Source of the DNA: Nemertoderma westbladi
Lineage: Eukaryota; Animalia; Xenacoelomorpha
Length of the DNA: 64,000 nucleotides
Direction of reading: 5' to 3'
NCBI GenBank assembly: GCA_032718475.1
Contig: JAUCBJ010005653.1
Span: forward strand, 6,447 to 70,446
Shown: positions 42,801-54,800 of the stretch, one piece after another
How the letters are laid out: every line of letters begins with the position of its first letter
Numbering within the stretch: the first letter of the stretch is position 1
Translations under genes and position numbers: made by a program
The notes under the pieces: model-generated
What the model was told of the DNA's origin: nothing
The model's database searches: none
Seen by the model: only the letters and a program-made list of their open reading frames with translations

Positions 42801-45800
42801 GGGCGTGAGCAGGACAGAGACGAAATCACTTGAACAACGAATTGATGATTGTTACACGAGACTACACAAGGGGCAGCACTAACAACTAAAGACAGATGCC
42901 GAGCTTTATGGTACAATACCTATTGTATCAATCACTCTCCATGAACGTAGATTAAGATTCAGTGGGCACTGCTGAAGAAGTAAAGACGAGGTCATACCAG
43001 ATCTACTTTACTGGCAACTTTCACAAGGTAGGCATTCCCGTAGACAACCAGATACGACATACAGTATTATAAACCAACTTGAAAGGGATACTGGACTTTA
43101 GGAGATACGAATTATCGTCAAGCATAGAGAATCCGGAGGCATGAAAGGACATAATTTCCACTGTCCGAGTTCGCTCGACCTAGTAGTAGTAACACAACTT
43201 TCTCAATAATTCTATGACCTTTGAAAAATTACATGACTAATTATATAATATATAATCCTTGATTATTATCTTGACCAATGGTTATATAACAATTGCACTA
43301 TTTTCTGACCACTTATTCTATGACTCCTGTACATTTACCACTCCTCTATGATGAACGCCGATTGTTAATTTAGGCGTTTCTGGAATTGGAATCTGAGGAC
43401 ACAGCTGCTTCTATGGTGTCCTACTATTCATATGTGACTCCGCTGATTCGTCAGAAACCAGTTTATGTTCAATTTTCCACCTACAAAGAACTGAAGACAG
43501 AAAATAGTCCACCTCAAGCGGTAGGTCGAGTAAATGTTTGAAAATTATGTCTGTAATTTTAATGAAATTTGGTTACTTTTACATTTTTAGATAACAATAA
43601 TTGTCTATCTGAGAAATTATCGCAGTAAGTGCAAACTTTTCTTACAAATCGAGGGTAATGTCAATAATTCTACAAAAACTAATCAATCTGATATTGATTT
43701 CATTAAAACCATGACCTAATAATTTTCAATAATAAGAGAAATGATAGATATTTCTCATTTGTTGTGTTAGTTTGAATAATAAATGTTAACTTGATATAAC
43801 TAAATTTATGGAAACTCGATTTTTTCGTCTATCTTGAACAAAGCTATTGAAGGAAAAATCTAATTGTATTATAACTTGTTGCTCCAGTAACATACTGTAC
43901 CGGTATACTACCGCTTCTGGCAGTCTGATGTTTGCATGGGGCAGCTAACGTCATCGCATAACCGTTTACTTACTTCTGTAGAATGCTGCGGTACAAATAG
44001 CATTAGCGGCCCAACCGACCATGCAAGTAATAGCTAGTACCGACAACATTAGCGCGGGATGTTTAACCGAGGTTGATGAGGTCAGCCATACCTGTGTTTT
44101 ACGCGCTATTGTGGACAACATGCAGTGCCCTGTAACAATGGATATACTGCATCAGGTGATTGCTTATGTATATTTATTACGTTCTAGAATCGTAAATATT
44201 AATTCGTTTCCCAGGCAACTTGCAGTAATGAACCCTGCGAATCCTGTATACTCCGGACTATTATTGAGAATTTAATATACCCCGTAACGGTGGAGATTTT
44301 ACACCAGGTAAAATAAAACACGTAGATTTAGTTGACGTTATACCATCTGAAATGTTTCAATTTCTTGTTTCCATTCTATTTCAGCACTTTATTGTCTTTA
44401 GCGACAGTTGTTATTACTTGGCAATGCGTAATCTTCATTGTTTGTTGTTGTCGATAATTCTATTAGCTATATCGATCAACGATGTAAAAAGTATATCTTT
44501 ATTAGATTACTTTATACGACTTGATTTAAATAGTCATTTCACTTTATGTAATTGTGTTTTACAATCTCTATGTTCAATAAATGTCTATATCGATACTATA
44601 ATTGTATAGCATGATGAAAATTTCTTCCTAATTATTATTTATATTCTACAATGTGACTAGAAAGCCAGCAAGCTGGCTTTAAACGAACCTGCCCCTCAAA
44701 CCAGTACCGCACTACCCTGAGTGAGCGAAAATGAAAACACGATAATTGCCTGCAACTCAACGATAGAAACACCAGCTGCTGGTACTCATGTGGGCCTAAT
44801 AAGCTACTACTATTTATTGAATGGATAGCCCAAACTGCAGAGAAGTATATTACTTGCCAAATTGATTACAATCTCACTCTAACCCTGTAACACAGACAGT
44901 AATCAAACATCAACTGTAAGTTTGTATAATGTATTACCCCACCAGATGAATACCTCTTCCCAGTGAATCCTATGACAATAGTCTATAAGGTTACTCACTG
45001 CTATGTTAGGTGGGAGGGAATTGATGATACTGAATGAGGAGGGACACAACTAACACTACGTTTGTCTATATGGACGGTCTCCTTACAGCCAGCTGGCTGG
45101 CTTTTCTAGTTGAATCATATTATTCCGCAACTAAATAATTTACTCTTTTAGACGAATTTGTGCGTTTTTTTGCCGGACTAACAAATTTTGGCGACGTTCT
45201 GTGCGAGATTGGCGATATTTGAAAAGATTCTGAGGCTCAAATATGTTGCTCAGATGACTGAATATCTCAAATAAAAAAGTTGGTGCCTACTCAACGAGTT
45301 GAAATCGGTGAAATTCGACTTTAAATTTTCAAAACCGCTATTTTTCAGTGAGCCCGTGATCGAAACGCCACAAAAAATATAGTCTTGTGCGCAACCAAAA
45401 TTTATGGAGAGTTTGTTATTAAAATTTTTGCGTACCTGCTTGAGTTTTTGAGATATTGGATGGTTATACATACACACACACACAACCACATCGTGTTTTT
45501 AAACGGCTCAACTCTTGACAAGAACTACCCTGGCCTATTAATAGGCAGGTTCGTTATAAACTAAACAATATAGATCTTATTATTTCTTACATATAATTAA
45601 TTATTATAGTTGGAAAACAATTCAGATTTGCATACCCGCTAACTCCCACATTAGCGACCACTGTTATTTAATACATCAAGGAGATGTAAGGGGGAACAGC
45701 TATTTGTTTTTCATGTACTAATTAATAATTAATTAGTAAAAGAAAAACAAATAGCTGATTAAAGGAATACAATTATTGTATTCTTTTGATTTGCCTTTTC

Positions 45801-48800
45801 ACCTCTCATGATCTACTTTGCTTGCCCGCAGTAAACCCTACTCAATCACGGTAGAGGCCCCCAGCAATATTTGTAGCACCTTATTTAAAACACATGTGCA
45901 GCGCAAAGGACCTACTGAGGTTTTTATCAAAATAATATTATCGTGTTTCCTTTATCAAACATTTAATCCAATTTTTCTTCCGGAAAAATTCAAGGCTTCA
46001 TACAGGCCTACATTTTTAGCTTTGATACTAAATATACTGTAACTTGGACCACACCCTTTACGTTGCGGTGTCTAATCGTTCACAGACAATTAATAATTAA
46101 TCCACCGTTCCTTTTATATTTGCCGCTCCTTGACAATTTGACACGCATAATTGTAGAGTAAGTGCACAGCCTGTACATGTTATGCTCGCCTAGCTACTGT
46201 AGGATGATTTGTATTAACCAAACACGGGATAGTTAATTCACCATTCTAGGGCACCCGGGAAAACCAACGACATCGTGTAGAGTGTCGGCCATATCCTGGA
46301 TGCTGCCTCCTAGGTACAATAATGCTATCAATTAATTGACGAGACATCTATTGTACTACAGCGTCAGTCAAATATTGCCGGAAATCTATTTTGTATTTGT
46401 TCTTTTTCGTCGTAAATTATATTGTTATCACCAGTGATTAACCCTTCGTTGCTCAAAGAAAGAGAAGTTTAATTTGTTTTCTATCATTATTCTCAACAAA
46501 GTTAGATTGAAGAAGTGATCGTCACGTTAAAAAAGTGTAGCCGTAGTTTGAAATCACGGTTTCCCGGGGGTCAATATCCCCGGACTCCACCCCTACCTTA
46601 AATCCCGAAACATTTAACGAATTTGGCATTACCAGATATTTAAAATTTATTTTACGATGTCATAATACGAAACTAAAATCAATTTAATGAATTCAATTCA
46701 TCAACATCTGATCTCATTTCGAAAAAAAAGAGAATATTTTTGCTTCATTTTCCTAATGTTTAACGACACTCAATCGGGCATAGAAGTATATAAAATGTAC
46801 ATTGTCTTTATGTTTAGTGAGTTAATTAAATTCTAAATTAAACTCTAAATCCTAGGTGCTACATACACATTTAATACTTTATAAGTTGGCTATAATAACC
46901 CGCTACTACAGTAAACTACTAATATTATATTACATCCACGGAATTTATGAAAATTATATAGTAATTTCTTAATTAGGTTTCGGTTTCATTGACATTAGTT
47001 AATTAGGAGCTCGTTTCAATGAGTCCCATAGAAAGAGACAATATTTTTTTTTGATGAGTGAAGAATGATATTTTTTCCGTATAAAATGATACTTGGTTTT
47101 TTAATTGTATCTTATTAGCACTTACTTAAACATATCAACTTTAAACTTAATTAAGGGATTTCGTTTAAATTACGGCTCTGGGCACCAAGGCTAGGTTTTA
47201 CATTGATTTTTACCTTTATATCCCTCAAAGTAAAACAAACTTTGTTATTGTATCACTCTAGATATTTTCGAAATTTGGTACTGTGCTCAAGATAATTACA
47301 TTTACAAAGAACAATCAATTCCAATCGCTGGTACAATACGCATCAACAACATCAGCCCAAGCAGCAAAGGTAAGTTAACCAGTATTAGCTACCGCACCTG
47401 TAGGATTAACCTGTTCTATTGACTTTCCTTCATTGCTTTGTTAGAATTACTTGCCACTGTAACCTGTTCCTTTCCCTTCATTGTGACGAAATATTAATTC
47501 TCCGGGATGTGCTTTGCGTCAATGTTTCCGAATGCGCAATTCCCTTCTTGGCAAAATTATCTTGTTTTGGTTATAAAGGATCATCACATCCTTAAACACG
47601 AGCCTATATGAAATTGTTACGTGGGATAAAATAAAATGTTGAGTGGCGAAAAGTTGCGAAAAAAAAAACGATTTTTTGTACTCAGAGACAACGAAAAATT
47701 TCAACTGCCGAAAAAAGTTATTGCAACGCTACTATAGTGTTTGCCGAAGAATTCTAAATGAAACATTGTTAAATATCGCTACGGAATAGCATTTTTCTGT
47801 TACGATCTGAATTTTTGGGGCGCCTAAAGTACTGTTTGTTGTAATAATTATATGCCATCCATGCCGTCATTATGGGATAGTACTGTACATGAATCTGAAC
47901 CGAAATGTAAGATAATTTAAAAAGCCACCATCCATGGCATACACCGCGGTGAAAATGGATATTAAATTTAATTAAAATGCAACCATGCATACACCGCGGT
48001 AAAAATGGATATTGAATTGAATAATAAGGTCATTTCATAGACTTAAATTTAGTTGCGTTTAAAATATCTCTAAATGAAGATTTCTTTCTTCCCGCCATAA
48101 TGCTACCCTGATTTGACCAGTGTCGGTAGTAGGTGCATGTATTGCAGTATCTTGGGTAGTTGTGTAGGAAGCTTGGCCTACGTGTTAGCTATCTCCAGAC
48201 GCACATACAGACAGGTTAACATAACATGGTATACGTTACGGTATGGCAGCCTGTTTAATCAACACTAGCAAAGTAGGCCTAACGGCGCGTAAATAAATAA
48301 GTTACATTTGTTATAGATTAGCTTGTCAACTCTAATTCAATACTGCCTTCCAACCCCTAATACCGGCGATAACTAACTAATATCGTTCAAAATCGTAGGC
48401 TTACAGTATGTACACAAATACTGCAATCTGTATCCTGCTACCGAGACATGTAAACTGGTATAAGCATTGTTATGTAATGGGAAGAAAGCAATCTTAATTT
48501 AGCGACATATTAATCGCAACAAATTATAAATGTATTAAAAACCGAATTAAATTCAATATATATTTTCACCTGGGTATCAGATGGTTATTTTTAAATTATC
48601 TTTAATTTGGCGGTGCAATTCGGTCAAGTTCGCCACGTTTCCGATCCAGTTCGGTGCAGATCCGTGTTGAGTATTTTTGTCCGTAATTTTGCGCCAGCTC
48701 GGACTAATACCACTTACGAGTTTTCAAATTTAACTACAAAAAATATGCAGAAACCAAAATAAACTGTCACAGGCCAAACAGAAAGTAAAAACAAACACAA

Positions 48801-51800
48801 ATCTAACATTCACTCGGTATATACTCTTTTGGTTACATTTTTTATTTCAATTTATTGAATATAAATGCTCACATATGATTTATAAAATAACAAAAGCTGT
48901 AGTATCCGTTCTAGTTTTATTAGTTTTCTAGTACAGTATTGTATTTATCGGCTAGAAACATCACGTTAAAATTCTCAGATGCATTTTTTTTGATCACATT
49001 ATTTAATATTTCTTAAAAAATTAAAGAGTTATCATCATTTTTCTTTCCACCAATCAGATCGCTCTAGACGGACAAAATATTTACAATGGATGCTGCACGT
49101 TGAGGATCGATTATTCCAAACTCACGAGTCTGAATGTCCGGTATAATAACGAGAAGAGCAGAGACTATACGCGGCCAGACCTTCCGTTTGGGGAAACCCC
49201 TCCAACCAACGCAGCAACTACCCCTATAGACCCACAAGGTACGCCGAGTATCAGAACTACAGTAGTAGCCCCTATACACTTCATAATTAAATTAACCTAA
49301 AAGAAAAAAAAAACATTTTTTATTAAACATTAAATACGTAATCCAATAACCAACTCCAAAATAAACATAACCAAATGAGGGGCAAATTTAAAAACATAAT
49401 ATCGGCCTTTACTGTATTTCTGTGTACCGGTATAATTGTTTATGATGCCCAGAGGTTTATGATGCACGATTATGTATACTAAATGCAGTATTATTACTAC
49501 AGACCGGTAGTATTTGACTTAATTCTATACTTCTCCAGAACTCTTCACTCTCACTTTAGAGAAAATGAATGACTTGAAATATATAATATTCATACGCAGG
49601 TAATACCGCGTTCCTTTTCCCTCAAAACACATTGTTCTCCGGTATTCCACCGGGACTTATAGCCACAGGAAATCCTTTTAATCAGACAGGATTGGCTGTA
49701 ACACAGGCCGCTGCTTTGGCCAACCTACGTAACCTAGCAACAGCTGCGGCGATTGGACAAAGCTCAACAACTGTACTTATCACGTCTAACCTTAATTCTG
49801 AGGTAAGTTGTTGTTCTTTATCTTTGAGATGTTATAAATCAATAAGGTTGGAAAATAAAACTTAATATTTATATTTAAGTGTTTAAATCAGATTCACAAA
49901 TCGTATTTGGTGATGTACTTAATTTCATTAAGAAATCCAACCGGTATATATTAAATAATCTACCTTAATTAAAAAAGCCGATGTTATTAAAAAAGTATTT
50001 ATATATATTTACTTACATAACGATAAAATGCGTTGCGTTATGATGTACCCCTATAATATTTTGATACACGTTACGAGTAAACTATAATAATTTTGTGTAA
50101 TTTATTCATCTATTAAGTATATTTAAGCATTGTTTGCATCAAATATATCAAAATTGATGCTAGTTAGATGCTATTTGGTGCTAGTTACCCCGGATAATAA
50201 ATAGATCAACGCAATAAATAAAGTTAACAATTATATTAATAAGGCGGTTTATTCTGAATAACTTACTAATACAATTACTTTATTAAAATTTCCTTCACTT
50301 TATTTCACCCAAATTGAAGTTTTTACTTTGCTTCATCTCACATTCTCGACCATTAATTATTATGTAACAATGAATCAATCCAATCCGAAATGTAATTAAT
50401 CGCACACTCTAGTGTTTCACCGCATCAATTATTATTTCATTTCCTTTTCCTCTCTTTGCCGCTGGGTGCTGCTGCTTGCTATGTTATTCCTCTATAGAAG
50501 ATTACTCCCGACGCTCTGTTCACTCTCTTTGGTATGTTGTTATGTATCTTAACTTCTTTTACTTTCAGTACTTAGTAGAATAAAGAAGAATTAACATACC
50601 CAAATGTATTAACAATGACAATGTTTAAGTTAAAATGTCAGAAAATCTATAAAAAAATAAATTCAGTTTTTCGTCATTATAACTTTTAATGGAGATTAAA
50701 AAGTATGGAGTCCTATTCAAGAAACGGAAAATAATGACATTTTTAATTTATTAACATTTCTACTTTAATACAAAAACAACATAATTAATTATTTACAATA
50801 ACTAATTATTCTGTATTTCTACTCAGTTACACCACAATTTTTTCATTCATTTAAATAAATATTTAATATTTATTTAGATAAAAATTGGCCTCTGCCCAGC
50901 AACCAAGCTTAAATTATTCTTATAATATCTTCAGTAATTATTATTATTAATTAAGAGTCTCTATATTGAAGTCTATATTGACCAAATTTTCGTTAATGAT
51001 TGCGTACAGTAATAGTTTTGATCATTGAGTTCGTTTCCATGGTAAAGGATATATTTTATTTTTTTAATCAATTAATTGTAATTCTATATACAGTATACAT
51101 GCAAAAACTATCAAACTAAACCATATCCCACCAAAATCTCGGTAAGTGCAAAATAAAATACAAAGAGCATCTACCACAATCCAAAATATTGTTGAATGGA
51201 TAAAGCTGAGTTTACAGAATAAGTTACAAATACAATCGGATATTTTAAAAGTGATGCCAATTTTTAACTAAAAATGTTAAATTAATAACTTCAAATACAA
51301 AATAATGTTTTCATTATTTGGAATCATCGCATAGAAATTTACCACAAAACATTTTACCTATGAATACAGTGTTCCGTGATCGGGTTGAAATCAATAACCC
51401 GTGACATATTTTTATAACCCTGTAGTAAGCCTAGTAAGAGTTCGTCTAGCAGGTTCGTCTAGCATTAAGTAGGTGTACATATCTTCTAGAAGTATCCTCG
51501 AGTACGCAAGGCATATTGTATTAAATTAAATAGGCCCTACATATTAGAGTTGTTGTCCTTACTAGGATCTCCTGTAACAATTCGATTACAAATTCCTGGT
51601 ATTTCCTAGGTGTATACGGCGATGTGCAACGTGTGAAAATACTTTATGCAAAGAAAGACAACGCACTCATCCAACTCATTGATCCAAACCAAGCACAATT
51701 ATGTAAGTACACAAGTACAGCTGGCAGATAGACCATACACGGTCGTTGTATAAACAAAACGTTAACCCAGTGGTTAATAATGGTTAAACACTGGATAAGC

Positions 51801-54800
51801 AGTGATGTAGTTAAATACTGACTGGTCTTTTCATTTCATTACCCATTACATCCCTGGTAACTTCTAAAACCCCAAAAAAAACGTTGCAAAAAATAAACAA
51901 AATGAATAAAAAATAATAATAAAATACACCAATCTTTTTTTGTGAAATATCGAAACTATCGACTATTGATTGATATTAGTGTTTAAACGGGATAGATCTA
52001 GATATCATTAGAACCGCCTTCATTTGCAGATTCCGAATCTGAAAACTATTTTAAATTTCACGAGAAATTGCCAAATATATTATCAAAATAAATATATTTG
52101 AAATATATTTTGAGTCGTAAATCGCAATTATTAAAAACTATTTTTATATATTTATTTATTTTATTATTGGAAATCATATGGACAAAGATGTTTAATGTTT
52201 TAGGGCCTAGTATTTAGTAGTTGGCATAAATTCATATATACAATACAGTTCTGGAATATGCCTTTACACTATACACTTCAATTTAGACATTAAATACATA
52301 ATAATAATAGTGTCGGACGTAACAGGTGTCGGACGTTACTAAACTACAATCACTGAAATCACAGCTTTAAAGGTAGCCTGGATTGCTGTAAATGGCATAA
52401 AAGACGCCATCTTACGTCGGCATTGAGTCATTTATTTTCGATATTGTTTGCCATACAACAGAAAAGTAATTGAGAAAAAAAGTAAATTAATGCGTATTGT
52501 ATGAGAAACGTTCTATGTTTATGACGTACTGTAGAACTACCTCATTGGAATGTGCATTTACGGCTGATTACAATGATACCAAGGATAGCCTACAGTATAT
52601 GGAGATAAACAGTAAAAAAAGATTTCTCCTTGAATTTTGGTATTTTTTTTGTTTTTACCTAAGTCTTGATGATGGTCGATAATCGCAAAATTTCATACTT
52701 TATACCAGTAAATCAATGTAAATTTTGTCAAATTCCAAAAATTTATGAAATTTAATCCAATAATTCATGACATGATGCTTATTTTTTTCATGTCGCGTCC
52801 CATTTTCTGTGGAAATGCCCAAATATTAACTTAAGAAATTTAATCCAAAATTGCAATCCCGATCCCGAAAAACGGGATCCCGAGAGTGATAATCCCGATC
52901 CCGAAAAATGGAATCGCGGGATCGCGAGAGTGATAATCCCGGTCCAGATCCCGACAAGTCTGGTCCCGTTTAAAACACTAAATTGATAGAAACATTTTCT
53001 TTCTTTACTTACAACCCTACTTCGGAGAACAACTACGATTATAACTTGCCCGTAGAGGACACAGAGCCGCCCCCGCTTTGCAGTACATTGTTTTCGCCGT
53101 AAGGATTTAAAGGACACTGGCTTTGAAGATCCGGATGGTCTCGCGAAAGTCAAGGGGAATATGAAGTTGTGGCGGCTCAATTTTTCGATAAGCCAGCATA
53201 GCATCATTCATGCACACTGCATCACAGCAAGCAAATCATATATTGCATGGTGGTGGCGCAAATTTTCTTTTTTTTTGTCATAATAGCACCTCAATGTGCA
53301 GCTCCAATACGGCAGGCCGACTATAGATATATAGACTTACCCTTATATTTATGGATGTTGTATTATTATTGTTTGTGTTTATATACACCCAAACCCTTAA
53401 TACTTAATTTATGTGGTCGGACCCCCCCCACACCCTCCTCATTTTTTCAAATTTTAAAAAAATGCTATGAAATATATATAATGATGATAGATCGACATCT
53501 TTTCTTACTGGTGGCCTGGCCGGATTTTTCAATTTCTCAGTTATTTCCATACAACAAGCCCTTAAAAAATGTCTATTTAGCAATGTTTAACCACCTCCGA
53601 GAACTTTATTTTCCGTCTTTGGAATATCATTAGAACCGCCTTCGTCTGTAGATTCCGAATCTGAAAACCGTTTTAAATTTCACCAATATTTTCCTGAGAT
53701 ATTATCAACATTCAAAGGCATACATCTTATGACGTAAATTTACATTATTCTAATGTTTTTTTGACTCTATTCTAGAATATTAAATATCATTTAGCTAAGC
53801 GATTAAAACTCAAGTTTTCATCTAAAACTCAATCGTCTAAAACTCAAGAGTAAAAAATTCGTGTACTGTATGTGAGTCCGGACTTCTATTTCGCTTTGAA
53901 ACGTATTTACTTTTTAAAAGTTTGAAAAGGATTGAGAAATAACTTGAGTAAATTTAACATCCAAGAAATTCTAAAAATTGATCTCAATCTCAAATTATAT
54001 CACAGTTGTTGAAGTAGTACATGTGTTTGAATTCCAAATTATCTATCAACGTCTTTTCTACAGATTTCGAATCCTTTCAAGATCACCTTAAGATCACCAT
54101 CAGTATTCGGTACTTCCAAAACAACGGATAAGAATACTTGCAATATGTACAAGGATAATTTTAACATTACATTTTTTTTAATTTTACATTAAAATAAAAC
54201 ATAAAGATAATAAAATCAATAAATAATAAAGATAAATAATGTGCTACTCAAAGAAAATAAACACTCAAATAAAAGTTGTGTGCGATACGCACCAAAATTG
54301 CACAAATGATTTGAAGTTAAATATACAGACAGATACATAAAGCACAGGTTGAATTACGTTTAATACTTTATTTATGTTATTTATGTTTAATATTTTCCTA
54401 TTGTAATTGATTAGTCAGAAAACCCCAACAAATAATAGCAGAAGACAACAACATCTACTACCCTTAATTATTATTTGAGTAAGTGCCATTAGGTTGTAAA
54501 CAATAGGTGATGAAACCTGAATTAACGAAATAAGATTTATCCTGAGGGTAAAAGTTGAAAAGCAAACTTCCTGAAAATTATATGAAAAATAGTATGAAAG
54601 TTGAATGTTAAAGTTATAAACTAATAATTATATTACTATATAATTAAGTGCTTTAAAGTCTTAATAGATTGGAAAGATAATTGGGAGATATTTGGGATAA
54701 TTGGGGGAAGAGATTGGGGCGGGGGATGAACCGGCAGTAATCAGTAATCCGGCACGACACTTACGAAAGACTTCAATAACTCCAACACCTGACTACCGGA

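Larger units (their letters stand above)
41600..43190 (+). mobile_element. Highly decayed copy of the 57-58 kb RTE-like LINE, interrupted by a hammerhead fragment and a SINE
   Basis: Its 3' end ctgtccgagttcgctcgacctagtagtag matches the reverse complement of 57130-57162, and internal blocks also match. Confidence 0.8.

Noticed and set aside
54058-54105. Active hammerhead in the PHOSPHO 3' region
   Set aside because: The core is mutated (CUGAUGG), stem I is negligible, and it lies beyond the likely polyA signal.
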